DNA of 64,000 nt from positions 1,152,001-1,216,000 of the forward strand of contig OZ245056.1 in assembly GCA_965224705.1 (NCBI GenBank), given 5' to 3'. This DNA is from Spirochaetaceae bacterium (GTDB taxonomy: Bacteria; Spirochaetota; Spirochaetia; DSM-2461). Below are positions 50,913-61,105 of this stretch, in pieces (position 1 is the stretch's first letter; each line of letters opens with the position of its first letter). The notes beneath the pieces are model-generated. The model worked only from the letters and a program-made list of their open reading frames with translations. It was not told the DNA's origin and made no database searches. A program made the translations under genes and the position numbers.

Positions 50913-52274
50913 TTAACGCATGATTTTTCTAACAATGCTGACAGTTAGATAGCTCATCATAGTAAAACCTGTCAATCCTTCTAAACCAGCAAAAAAAGCC
51001 ATCCAACCATTTGTCGGAGATATATCACCGTATCCAATAGTTAAAAATGTTATAGCACTAAAATACAAAGCCTGAAAAAATTTAGGCCAACATTTTGACG
51101 GCAAGGTAAGTGTTAGAGTATCCGATACGAAAAAAAATATTATCGCAAAAATAAAAATAAATCCAAATAGAGCAATAATAATTCGACCGGGTTTTGTTCC
51201 ATATTTTCCAGCTAAATTAAAAACCATATTCCAAATAAAAGTTAAATATTTCTTCTTGTGTTTTCCTTCCAAAGCCTTTTGCCATTTATACTCTGCAAAG
51301 CAATCATCCTCTTCGGCGTATAGTCCTTGATTATGGAAATTTAGTCTAAGCATTGCCAGTTGTCTTGAAAGTGAATCAGTGGCATCCCCCTTGCCTTGGT
51401 TCAAGACATTATTTTTGCACTTGTTCCAATCTAAAATAATATACCCTTTGTTTATTGTTTCACTAAAAGATAAAATGCCTTCATCAGATATAGCTGCTTC
51501 TCTTATATCCAATGAACTGTCTATTGTACAGATGTCAAAACGAAGTTTTTTAAAACAAGAACCATTAGTATTGATGGCTGTATTTTTGAAAAAAACACAT
51601 CCAATAAAAACAAGTATATTCTCACCACATATTTCCTTAATACTTAGGTCTATTTTTTCAAAAGACATCTCCTTAAAATAAAACGAAGTATTTTTTACTT
51701 TTCTAAAGAGGAATTTTTCAAATCCAAAGTTCATAAACTCAAAACGAACCTCTTTATTTATCCAATTTGTATCAAAAAAACTAACAATTGAAACATTTAA
51801 TTTATTTTTTGAAAAAAGAAATCCAGATATTTTACTAATTTCTTTTTCTTGTGCAGAATTATTATCAGTAGAGAAAATAGATTTGTTAAATAATATTTTT
51901 TTACAACTAAATTTATTATTAGAAATAACAATATTCCTATGAAAAGTACAATCCATCAACTTAAATTCTGATACCATAATATTGCAATTACTTAAACTAA
52001 AATCATGGTTGATATCTGTCTCTGAAATAGCAAATATTGCTTCTTTATCTCCATCTGGATGAAAATTACATTGCTCTATGAAGATTGACTCAAAGATAAT
52101 ATTTTTAAATACTATTTTACCAAGAAAATCAACATACCGAAAAGAAAAAAATACACTAAAATTTTCTGGTTTATCCTTAAGCATCTTCATTATACCATCT
52201 TGAGATATTTTCCGATGTTTATTAGAAGACCCCTCGAGCTTTAACTTCCACACATTGCTAACCATTGTATACAT
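50913..52274 (-). CDS. Two-TM potassium-channel domain protein with long N-terminal Phe-rich (pentapeptide-like) repeat region
   Basis: ALYFSAITFLTIGYGDISP pore and filter flanked by TM helices; YGTKPGR motif. Confidence 0.85.
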   Translation of the reverse strand: MYTMVSNVWKLKLEGSSNKHRKISQDGIMKMLKDKPENFSVFFSFRYVDFLGKIVFKNIIFESIFIEQCNFHPDGDKEAIFAISETDINHDFSLSNCNIMVSEFKLMDCTFHRNIVISNNKFSCKKILFNKSIFSTDNNSAQEKEISKISGFLFSKNKLNVSIVSFFDTNWINKEVRFEFMNFGFEKFLFRKVKNTSFYFKEMSFEKIDLSIKEICGENILVFIGCVFFKNTAINTNGSCFKKLRFDICTIDSSLDIREAAISDEGILSFSETINKGYIILDWNKCKNNVLNQGKGDATDSLSRQLAMLRLNFHNQGLYAEEDDCFAEYKWQKALEGKHKKKYLTFIWNMVFNLAGKYGTKPGRIIIALFGFIFIFAIIFFFVSDTLTLTLPSKCWPKFFQALYFSAITFLTIGYGDISPTNGWMAFFAGLEGLTGFTMMSYLTVSIVRKIMR

Positions 52275-52725
52275 TTTTTATCTCTTCAAATTTATTTTTA
52301 TAGTATTCAAAAACACTGTCATTTAATAAAAAATCTGACATATATATCAAATCCTTGCCTCCATTATTTTTAACTTTGTCTTTTGCTTTTTTTGACGGAA
52401 AGTAGCGAGTTATACCATATATAGGAATACTTATCTTTTTATTTTTAAGTAATTCAATAATTTCAAGTCCCAGCTCATCTTCACGCTGATCCCCAAGTGA
52501 TATATCAATTATGATTATACTGATGCTATTTCCAACAAAATCCTCGTTCATCATAAATTCTTTTATCGCCTCAAGCCCATATTTAAAAATATTTCCATAT
52601 CTAGAATTATCGTCAAAATGAGTAAAAGAGTCAGGGAATAATTTAAAAGGCCCAACATAATTGGAAAATCTTTCTCTTAAATACTCATAATCACATGGAT
52701 CATCATCGAGCAAATATATATTCAT
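52258..52725 (-). CDS. Stand-alone response-regulator receiver domain
   Basis: IYLLDDD, IIIIDISL, GLEII, YGIT; ATGA overlap with the upstream gene. Confidence 0.8.
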   Translation of the reverse strand: MNIYLLDDDPCDYEYLRERFSNYVGPFKLFPDSFTHFDDNSRYGNIFKYGLEAIKEFMMNEDFVGNSISIIIIDISLGDQREDELGLEIIELLKNKKISIPIYGITRYFPSKKAKDKVKNNGGKDLIYMSDFLLNDSVFEYYKNKFEEIKNVYNG

Positions 52726-55700
52726 TTGCACTCCTCCTCAACGATAGGTATACCTATCTCAAAATAATTTCTAGAAATATTCATTCTTATCTCCTTTTTA
52801 TATAGCTGCCAAAACAAATGTCTAATCGTAAATAAAGATATACTTGCAAATGGAATTATATTCGATTCAACAATATTCTCTATTCGTGCCTTATCCTCAT
52901 TTGTAATCTCTGGGGTACTATTTCCAATATAAAGATAATTTTCTTCAAATCTGACTCTAGAAACAAGTTTCTCTCTATCAAAATATTTTGCCATATTTAG
53001 CATCAGTTGAGTAATAACCAATTTAATATTAATTAGATTCAAATAGTGTACATCTTTATCCTTATCATCATATTCGATTTCTAGATTGTCTATGCATATA
53101 TTCTTATAATATCGAAATATGTAAACAAAAATTTTTGGTATCAAATCATCAATTACAGGGGCAAGTAAAGTTTTCCCTGGTGAACCATCAAAATCATCTT
53201 TATTTTTTAACAAAGAATAATAAACTTGACCAATATAAAAATCAGATTCAACCAACAATGTTGGTATATAAATATCAGGGTTTTCACTATATAGTCGGAT
53301 AATACTATTTTTTAAATTATCAAAATTATATTTTGCACCGTGAGCCGTTTTATAGTAACCCTTTGAGAATTCTTCAATCCTTTTCTTTTTATCTAACCAA
53401 TCCCTTAGTAAGTCACCTGAAAAGTATTTATTTATGTATTCAATAATTTTGTTGCGAAAAACATTGATGAACCGAATTCGGTTTAAAATATCAAGGATAT
53501 TTAACTCATTGTTATCATAAAAGCAAAATACAGCTTTTCCTTTCAGCCTCATACAATTACTATCACCATCTTTTTCCCTCTTAACTTCCTCCGCCAGCCG
53601 ATAAAATATCATGCGATTAAATCCCATATCTTCAGCATTTTTTATATCACTATTAGTATTAGTTAGTGGGATTTCAATGCCATCTTGACCAACCCAATTG
53701 TTTTCTTTTTTATGAATAATAAAACTAGTCCAGTGGTATATATTCTCTTTTATTCCATTTTTTTCTGTTAAAAGTATTTTTCCGTTCAATAATTTATATC
53801 CAAACAATTTCGTCAAATCCCAACCTTTCTCAGTATCCATGTCTTTTCCAAAGTTACCAAATAGTTGAAATTTATTTTCTTCAACTTTCGTATCAAGCAG
53901 GAAAAAACCACCACCCTTTTTAGTACTAATCCCAAGAACATTTGCAATTTCTTCTGTTAAATCCCTAGCAATAGAATCTATAGGATCAGTCCTTCTATCC
54001 TGCATTACACCCGTTGAAGCTTTTTGAAGCCACTTAGAAAACCAATTTGAATGAGATTTGTTTGAAGCAAAGTATTCTTCTAATTTTTTTTTATTTGGGA
54101 AATTGTTCTCCCAACAGGAGAAATCAGAATTAATCACTTTTGTCCCTACTGTCAAGTGATTGAATAATTCTTCAACTTTGCCCATTAATTCTCTATTTTC
54201 TCCACTTAACTTCATAAAATCATCATAATAACTAACTGCCTTATTTTTACTCTCTTGCTCAAGACTAAATTTATCCCTAATTATTGATGTATTCTCAAGA
54301 TAAAGGGCTTCCAGGAAGACTTTTCTTGTCATATTTTGCACATCTTTCTTCTTAAAAATTCCGAGTATATTCTCTTCAAGTTTACAGACACGGCCTTCAT
54401 TGTTTCGAACTGAACGACTAATATGAGCGGCAGAAAAGATCCCAAAATTACTCAATGCGAATTGAAATTTCCCTATCTTTACCCTTACTTCTTCATTTTC
54501 ATATTCTTTTTCATGTTTCAGATCCCCACGGTTCTTTTGTTCCCTTAGTTTACTTAGTTCCTCTTGTTCCTCCAGTTTCTCCAGTTTCTCCAGTTTCTCC
54601 AGTTTCTCCAGTTTCTCCAGTTTCTCCAGTTTCTCCAGTTCCTTCAGTACCTCATAGATAATATTCTCCATTTTACATATAACAGTTAAAGTCTCAATTG
54701 AGATTAAATATGTTGTTTGAACTAAGGAGCCATATTTAATTAGATACCTCAAGTAATTTACTTCATCTACTATGGTGTTTATAGTTTTTTCAGAATTGAC
54801 TGCATTGTCAAATCTCTGATTAAATTTAATTAATTCATCCAACACCCAGTAAAATACGGCAATTTGTATTCCTCTATGTCTTATCAATGAATGGTGGTTA
54901 AAAGCCTTGATTGTATTAAACTTTAGATTATGTACAGTTGTATTTCCTAACTTTAGACAATTCGTTATATAGTTGTAAAGTAAATCAATAAATTCTTCAT
55001 ATGTTATCTTCAAACTATAAGTTGAGGGGGGATTAAACAGCTCCTCTGTACCTACAGAAAGACAAAATTCATTACTATTTCTAGAATTTAGTTTTTTAAG
55101 AATTTCCTCTTCCTCAGTAGTTAGCTTTTCCGTGGATCTTTGCTTTGAAAAGATTTTGTATATGCTGTGTATTATCATCACTTGTGATAATTGACTGCTA
55201 TACGATTTATCACCCATTTCTGAGTGATTAACCATAAGATCATCTTTATTTATTTTTCTTAAATTGATATATTCATGATCAAAAAAATATTTTCTAATAG
55301 CATCTAAAGATGCCATAGAGGTCAACCTCTGAGTATCATCCTCCTCAAAACATATAGGACAATATTCTTCGGGATGCTGTATAACCGGGGCATAAATAGA
55401 AGTAAAAAAATATATATTTTCTTCTCTGATTCTATTGCTTATCGTATAATAGTCTTCTGGGCTCATTCTATTTAATAAAGTAAAACATCCCTTAAAAACA
55501 ATTTTTTCGTCTATTTGAAGAATTGCGCTAAACAGATTGTTGAATGTCTTCCCGGTTGCAAGTAAAACATCTATGTAGTATACATCTGCATCTTCAATAA
55601 CTTCTTGGTTAATTTTTCTTAGATCTGAATAATGATCACCAATCGGATCGAACTTGACAACATCGGCTTTGTCATCAAAGACTAACCGATTAATTAAATG

Positions 55701-58700
55701 GATAAATACCCCATTTTCATCTTTGTCAGGAGCTATTAGTAACTTTCTTTTATCATCATCACTACCAGAGTCATTTATTTTATTGGAAATATTCTCACAC
55801 CAAGTCTCTAGCGAATCCTTATTGTCTTTTATAATATCAGAGTAATAAAAGTAGTAAAGAAAATGCTTGTATTGTCCGCTATAGTGTTTTATTCGAAGCA
55901 TTGATTTATTTATTACTGCCCGGTTATTTAATGGGTTACCTTCTTCAACGTCTCCAAAATAGACCTTAAAACTACAATCATTACTTTCGTAAGGTAACCA
56001 TTCCGGTGTTCCAAAAATAATTTCTGGAATTACGGAAGCTCTATTTGTAGAAAAGAGTGGCACTTCTAAAAGAGGATCATTTTTGGGGAAACATCTCTCA
56101 CAGCCAAGTAAATCATGCCATGTTGACTTCAAATATATTAAATACTTATTATTTCTATCGATGGAGAATTTCGAGTCATTCACTAATAAATTATTTTGCA
56201 TTTTATTCTGTAGGACAGTAATCTTCTTTTGGGTATCAATACTCCAATATTTATTTTTCCATTCTAACGTGTTTTGTTTCTTGTCTCCAATAACAACCAA
56301 CGAGTAATAGGGAGAAATTACTTTCACTTTATCCCAGATTTGTTCAAAGTCATCCTCTGAGTACAATTTTTGATAGAATTGATTTTCTATTTCAAGACAG
56401 GTTGTAAGTGTTGAAGAAATCGGGACAATTATGATTATGCATTCCTCTCTTAACGGATTTTCTTTTGATTTTTGTATTCGCTCTCTCAAGGCATTAAAAT
56501 AATTAGAAAAATGCATCTTGGTATTATTCTTGATAATCGCATAATCTAAATCAATTAGTGGTACTTGTTCTTCTTTATTTGATAAGTATTCAAGAAAACA
56601 CTTTACACGGGTAACAAGAAGTTCGGAATAATTACCATAGCCAATTAATGTGTAATTTTTGCATTGAGGCTTATATTCAGAATTACAAAATATTTCCCTA
56701 GCCAGCCAATAAGAAAACAAGGTAGCATATTTATTCTGCTGAAACATTTTCAGTGCTACTACAAAATCAGTTATATGAATTTTTGCCCCTAACTTTACAT
56801 GTGTGTTAGTCCATTTACACCCATTCTCTTCTATATTTTTAGCTAGTTTCTCACCTAAAAACTTAGATATGTAGGATTCATAAAGCAAATAGTTATGCAT
56901 AAAAGTATAGCTTCTATTTTCTTTTGCAATGAAATTTTCTGCAATAAAAATAGAATTACTGATATATTTTTTTCCCTCTTCTGTTAGGTCTGTCATATCT
57001 TTTATTGATTGATCCTGTTCAAAAGAGATCAAACATTCTGAAGAGAAAGAGATTATTGTTGATTCAAATCTGTCTCTCGTCGAGATTAGCAAGTTCAAGT
57101 TATCTAATATCTTTTCACTCTTTTTATTTAAGATAATTGACTTTAATTCATCAATACATGTGTGATACTCCACATTTGATAAGTTGTAAAAAACTAGATT
57201 TCCACTGGCATTTTCCATACTCACATACCTGAGCATCAAGACATAAAGATAACGAAATGTATTATGTGGATTCTTTGTGTTTTTATCATCTACGATTTTT
57301 ATACAATCAATGATTGCTTTATGGTCATGGTAAATGGCTCCTTGTTCCCAATTCCTCTCTTTTAATAGATCACTTTCTTTTGATCGTTTATACTCATGTT
57401 TTAATAGTTTGTAATAATAGTCCTTATCTGCATATTTATGACTCATCATTTTTTGAGGGAAGTATTTTTTTCTTTCCTTTATATTTTTCAGTATTTTTCT
57501 ATTAAATGGAAAAACCACTTCATAAAGGGTACCGAATGGAGGATGTAAATTATCTTCTAATGTATTAGTATACAGTGAATCTTTTTGGGGTATAGTTAAT
57601 CTCACTGTCTTAGTCGGATTGTTATATCTGTTTGTATAAATATCAAGAATTCCATTGATTTTATTCAACGTAGAGGTGCACTCAGGAATACCATAACTTG
57701 CTGTTTCCGAATGTCGTTGCCTCGGCAAAAAAGCTTCATCGGGGGGGACAAAAAAAAGATCATATAAAAGTTTTTCCTCCTGAGACAAGTCATCTTCAAT
57801 CTCATTTTCTATAATCTTATCTCTTAATATCTTGGCATTTTTCTTTTTTACGTCAGGTGACAAAAAATGAAAACTTTCTTTATTGTCAAGATATTGCAAT
57901 GTTTTTTCAATGAGACCAATTTTCCCGGCATCAACCAGTGAAATATCCAAAAAACGAACATCTTCTTCTAAAACAGTATCTTCGTTAAGAAGGAAAGGCC
58001 ATCTATCGTGAACATCATTAAATTTATCGACAGAGTCTAACTTGTAGATATTAGTTATCAAAATACCAGTCTTTTCAGTGGAGTGTTCTATGCAGTTTAA
58101 AGCTAGCTCCTCAATACCTAATGATATTTTCTGTGTATAATCGTGTAGGCGAAAAAAATAATCGGTATAGTCTGTCAGTAAAGACGGATTTTTTTCTAAA
58201 TATTTATTGGCTATTACCGCTGGCCATGAAACATGTCCAGTAGTTTTTTTATTCCCCATAAAAATAGAAGTGAATGCATGATGAAGAACTCTGCCCGCCG
58301 AAATGGCATAAAAGATAAAAATCTGGTATAATTTACAATCTAATAACTCGTTAACAGCATATTGCCCAAATTCTTCATAGTAACATTTCTCATTGCCTTT
58401 TCCAGGATATATATAGGGGACTAAAAGATGAAGCTCTTTCAACAATTTAAAAAAGAACTCTAAATAATATAGCTCCATGAAAATATTTTTTTCCTCGGGG
58501 TTATATTTGGAGATTGAGTAAGTCCTGATTTCTTTTAGTATCTCATCAGCATTAAGTATGGACCTATTTTTGAATCGTCCAACCAAATCGTGATTTTCAA
58601 TAAAATCCTTTATAGCAGTGTCAAATAAGAGTTTTTTGCTTTCCTTATTTAGTTGTATAAATGGAATACTATGATGACTTACTGCATACTTGTTATAATT

Positions 58701-59204
58701 TCGAGCCTGTTCGCCATCCCTTGGATCTGAACTCCAACTATAATCTACCTGTATTTCATTCTTGCTTTTTTCAGTGTAATGGTATTGCTTAATGGCAAAA
58801 GGTGATGTACTGTACAATGAAGCTGAATCAACCAACTGCCTCAATTTGTGAGAAGCTACGCCAGTCTTCCCACAATAAATAGTTAATGGTTTTTTAATAC
58901 TGTTACAAAATAAAAACAAAATAGAGGGAAGTGAAGCTGGGTAGCTTTCAAAGTTCTCATCGATAAAAATCTGTAATTTGCTCACACGTATTGCTTTCTG
59001 TATAAAAATGTTTAATATCTTAAATAGTAAATAGCATTCACTTTTTTTTATATTTTTTGAAGTAATTTTAATTAGAAAATCAGTTGAATCCAAAAGAGAA
59101 GCCTGACTATCAGTGTAAAGGGAAATAGTAGATGAGTCATTATCGTATTTAATCTTGTGACAATATCTTGATAGAAGTGTTTTATCATATTGGCTATTGT
59201 GCAT
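52722..59204 (-). CDS. 2160-aa multidomain protein: GHKL/HATPase-like, two PRTase-like and a C-terminal histidine-kinase-like region
   Basis: AAGGAG SD; EELALNCIEHS..LVDAGKIGL..YGI; IIIVPISSTLTT; YYIDVLLATGKT; TAHGAKY..LMLNMAKY. Confidence 0.7.
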   Translation of the reverse strand: MHNSQYDKTLLSRYCHKIKYDNDSSTISLYTDSQASLLDSTDFLIKITSKNIKKSECYLLFKILNIFIQKAIRVSKLQIFIDENFESYPASLPSILFLFCNSIKKPLTIYCGKTGVASHKLRQLVDSASLYSTSPFAIKQYHYTEKSKNEIQVDYSWSSDPRDGEQARNYNKYAVSHHSIPFIQLNKESKKLLFDTAIKDFIENHDLVGRFKNRSILNADEILKEIRTYSISKYNPEEKNIFMELYYLEFFFKLLKELHLLVPYIYPGKGNEKCYYEEFGQYAVNELLDCKLYQIFIFYAISAGRVLHHAFTSIFMGNKKTTGHVSWPAVIANKYLEKNPSLLTDYTDYFFRLHDYTQKISLGIEELALNCIEHSTEKTGILITNIYKLDSVDKFNDVHDRWPFLLNEDTVLEEDVRFLDISLVDAGKIGLIEKTLQYLDNKESFHFLSPDVKKKNAKILRDKIIENEIEDDLSQEEKLLYDLFFVPPDEAFLPRQRHSETASYGIPECTSTLNKINGILDIYTNRYNNPTKTVRLTIPQKDSLYTNTLEDNLHPPFGTLYEVVFPFNRKILKNIKERKKYFPQKMMSHKYADKDYYYKLLKHEYKRSKESDLLKERNWEQGAIYHDHKAIIDCIKIVDDKNTKNPHNTFRYLYVLMLRYVSMENASGNLVFYNLSNVEYHTCIDELKSIILNKKSEKILDNLNLLISTRDRFESTIISFSSECLISFEQDQSIKDMTDLTEEGKKYISNSIFIAENFIAKENRSYTFMHNYLLYESYISKFLGEKLAKNIEENGCKWTNTHVKLGAKIHITDFVVALKMFQQNKYATLFSYWLAREIFCNSEYKPQCKNYTLIGYGNYSELLVTRVKCFLEYLSNKEEQVPLIDLDYAIIKNNTKMHFSNYFNALRERIQKSKENPLREECIIIIVPISSTLTTCLEIENQFYQKLYSEDDFEQIWDKVKVISPYYSLVVIGDKKQNTLEWKNKYWSIDTQKKITVLQNKMQNNLLVNDSKFSIDRNNKYLIYLKSTWHDLLGCERCFPKNDPLLEVPLFSTNRASVIPEIIFGTPEWLPYESNDCSFKVYFGDVEEGNPLNNRAVINKSMLRIKHYSGQYKHFLYYFYYSDIIKDNKDSLETWCENISNKINDSGSDDDKRKLLIAPDKDENGVFIHLINRLVFDDKADVVKFDPIGDHYSDLRKINQEVIEDADVYYIDVLLATGKTFNNLFSAILQIDEKIVFKGCFTLLNRMSPEDYYTISNRIREENIYFFTSIYAPVIQHPEEYCPICFEEDDTQRLTSMASLDAIRKYFFDHEYINLRKINKDDLMVNHSEMGDKSYSSQLSQVMIIHSIYKIFSKQRSTEKLTTEEEEILKKLNSRNSNEFCLSVGTEELFNPPSTYSLKITYEEFIDLLYNYITNCLKLGNTTVHNLKFNTIKAFNHHSLIRHRGIQIAVFYWVLDELIKFNQRFDNAVNSEKTINTIVDEVNYLRYLIKYGSLVQTTYLISIETLTVICKMENIIYEVLKELEKLEKLEKLEKLEKLEKLEKLEEQEELSKLREQKNRGDLKHEKEYENEEVRVKIGKFQFALSNFGIFSAAHISRSVRNNEGRVCKLEENILGIFKKKDVQNMTRKVFLEALYLENTSIIRDKFSLEQESKNKAVSYYDDFMKLSGENRELMGKVEELFNHLTVGTKVINSDFSCWENNFPNKKKLEEYFASNKSHSNWFSKWLQKASTGVMQDRRTDPIDSIARDLTEEIANVLGISTKKGGGFFLLDTKVEENKFQLFGNFGKDMDTEKGWDLTKLFGYKLLNGKILLTEKNGIKENIYHWTSFIIHKKENNWVGQDGIEIPLTNTNSDIKNAEDMGFNRMIFYRLAEEVKREKDGDSNCMRLKGKAVFCFYDNNELNILDILNRIRFINVFRNKIIEYINKYFSGDLLRDWLDKKKRIEEFSKGYYKTAHGAKYNFDNLKNSIIRLYSENPDIYIPTLLVESDFYIGQVYYSLLKNKDDFDGSPGKTLLAPVIDDLIPKIFVYIFRYYKNICIDNLEIEYDDKDKDVHYLNLINIKLVITQLMLNMAKYFDREKLVSRVRFEENYLYIGNSTPEITNEDKARIENIVESNIIPFASISLFTIRHLFWQLYKKEIRMNISRNYFEIGIPIVEEECK
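54570..54641 (-). repeat. In-frame 9-bp minisatellite, 8 units, encoding (LEK)n
   Basis: (CTCCAGTTT)7 CTCCAGTTC on the + strand. Confidence 0.95.
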
Positions 59205-59336
59205 ATAAACTCCTTCTAAGTATTAATTGGAGATGGATGATTATTTCTTGTATCATACCAAGCGCTTAGTGTCAAGTAGCCGAATTGCCTCATAATTAAT
59301 CTACTCGAACGACCTTTGAAAGTAAGAGGTCGAGTT

Positions 59337-59633
59337 ATGAGGTTGACAATGAAAACCAGACGGGAATTAGCAAGAGATGAGGCTGTACAGTATAGAAAAG
59401 CCTCAAGGAGGGAGAAGAGTGTGGTTCTGACTCATTTTGTACGGATAACCAGCTATAATCGCTCTTATACCGCGACTCTTCTTCGCTGGTATGGCAAGAG
59501 AGTAAGGGATGACAATCCTAACCAGCCGAAACAGTACATAACAACCAAAAAGAGGCGTAAAGGCGGCGAACGCCCTCCAAAGTACCCTCTGGTTATTAAA
59601 GAAACTGTCGAGTGGCTATGCGGGATGATATAA
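59337..59633 (+). pseudogene. N-terminal fragment of an ISNCY-type integrase/transposase
   Basis: MRLTMKTRREL...YRKASRREKS.VL..F...T.YNRSY...LL; no DDE domain follows. Confidence 0.7.
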
Positions 59634-61045
59634 TGGAATACATACCTTGCAAAAAACTAGCAGAAGAGTTCGAGGAGCATCTGAGTAAAGAGGACAACCA
59701 CAATATTTTATTCTCTGGTAAATTCGGTTCCGGTAAAACAACTTTTTTAAAAAGATACTTTGATGACCACAATGATAAATATGAAACCATCCATCTCTAT
59801 CCTGTAAACTATAGCATTTCATCCAGTGAAGATATTTTCAAATTGCTTACAGCAGATATTGCCGGAGAACTGCTCTCCAGGGAGCTTATTAGTATCAATA
59901 AAGAATTTCAAGAATCTTTAAAGAGTGTAATTAAATCAAAAAAAATCTGGGATTTACTTGAAGCCCTGCCCAAAGTGGGCAAAGTTATAGCGATCGGAAA
60001 TACAGTCAAAGATATACTGGCAGATATTAAGAAGCCGGAAAGTGACGTTGACAAAGTCAAAACCTATCTGGATACTATTTCCAGTAATGAAAATAGTAAA
60101 GGAAATAATTGCTCAAGCCCTTAGTAATATTTGTAACAAAAAAAGATTTTAGTTATTGACGATCTGGACAGAATCGATCCAGAGCATTTTTTCAGAATTC
60201 TCAATGTTTTAACCGCATACTGCGATAATAATATCGGACTAGGCTTTGACAAAATAATCCTTGTTTGTGATATTGAGAATGTCAGAACGATTTTTCATCA
60301 TCGTTATGGTCCGGAAGCTGATTTCTATGGGTACATATCCAAGTTTTACAGCAAGGGATTTTTCAGATTTTCTCTTGTTGATCGTATTGAAGAACGTATT
60401 AGAAAGGTCATTTTTACAAGTCTCTCCAACGTGTTAAATGACGACTACATTAATTTCCTTTTAGACTTCTCTGACTTTATATTCCAGCCGGGGATTGTAT
60501 CCATGCTTGACATACATTTATTCACCCAAAATGACTTATCATATGTCATGCATACAAGGCTTAAACCATTTCATAACAATGATGCAACAGTTGACAAATC
60601 CATTGTCATAATTGCGGCTTATATCTATGCGTGGTTTCAATACGACAAAGATAAGGCATTCTTAGCTATCAAGAAATACGGTCAGTCCTCAAAAACAAGA
60701 ATATCAAACCAGTCATCAAGAATCTTCGACCGGTTACTGATTGGCCATGCTCTTGACCGCCTGGTACAGTATCGAGATAGTAACCATATATATGAAAGTA
60801 AATATGAAGAAGATACCAAATATACATGTCAATATAAAGTTCAAATGGCAAATTCTTCTGGTGATTTCTACCTACAGTCAAAGATAACTGAATGGACAAA
60901 ACCCTTCAATACAAATCAGGATCAGGTAAATTGGGATCGTCTTAATGCGGAAGAAATTGAAGACGCTAAAAAGTCAATGATTGCAAAGTTGTTTACAATT
61001 TCAATGCAGAACATAATAAAGCACCTCCCGGAGCATAACCCATGA
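59633..61045 (+). pseudogene. KAP-family P-loop NTPase copy 2, frameshifted near 60090-60145, C-terminus retained
   Basis: Aligns with 48009-49154 and continues ~90 aa further. Confidence 0.82.
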
Positions 61046-61105
61046 TAAGATGATTCATACCGGAGGAATGTTCGACAAAAACACTCTGAATTTCAATCAA
61101 TATCA

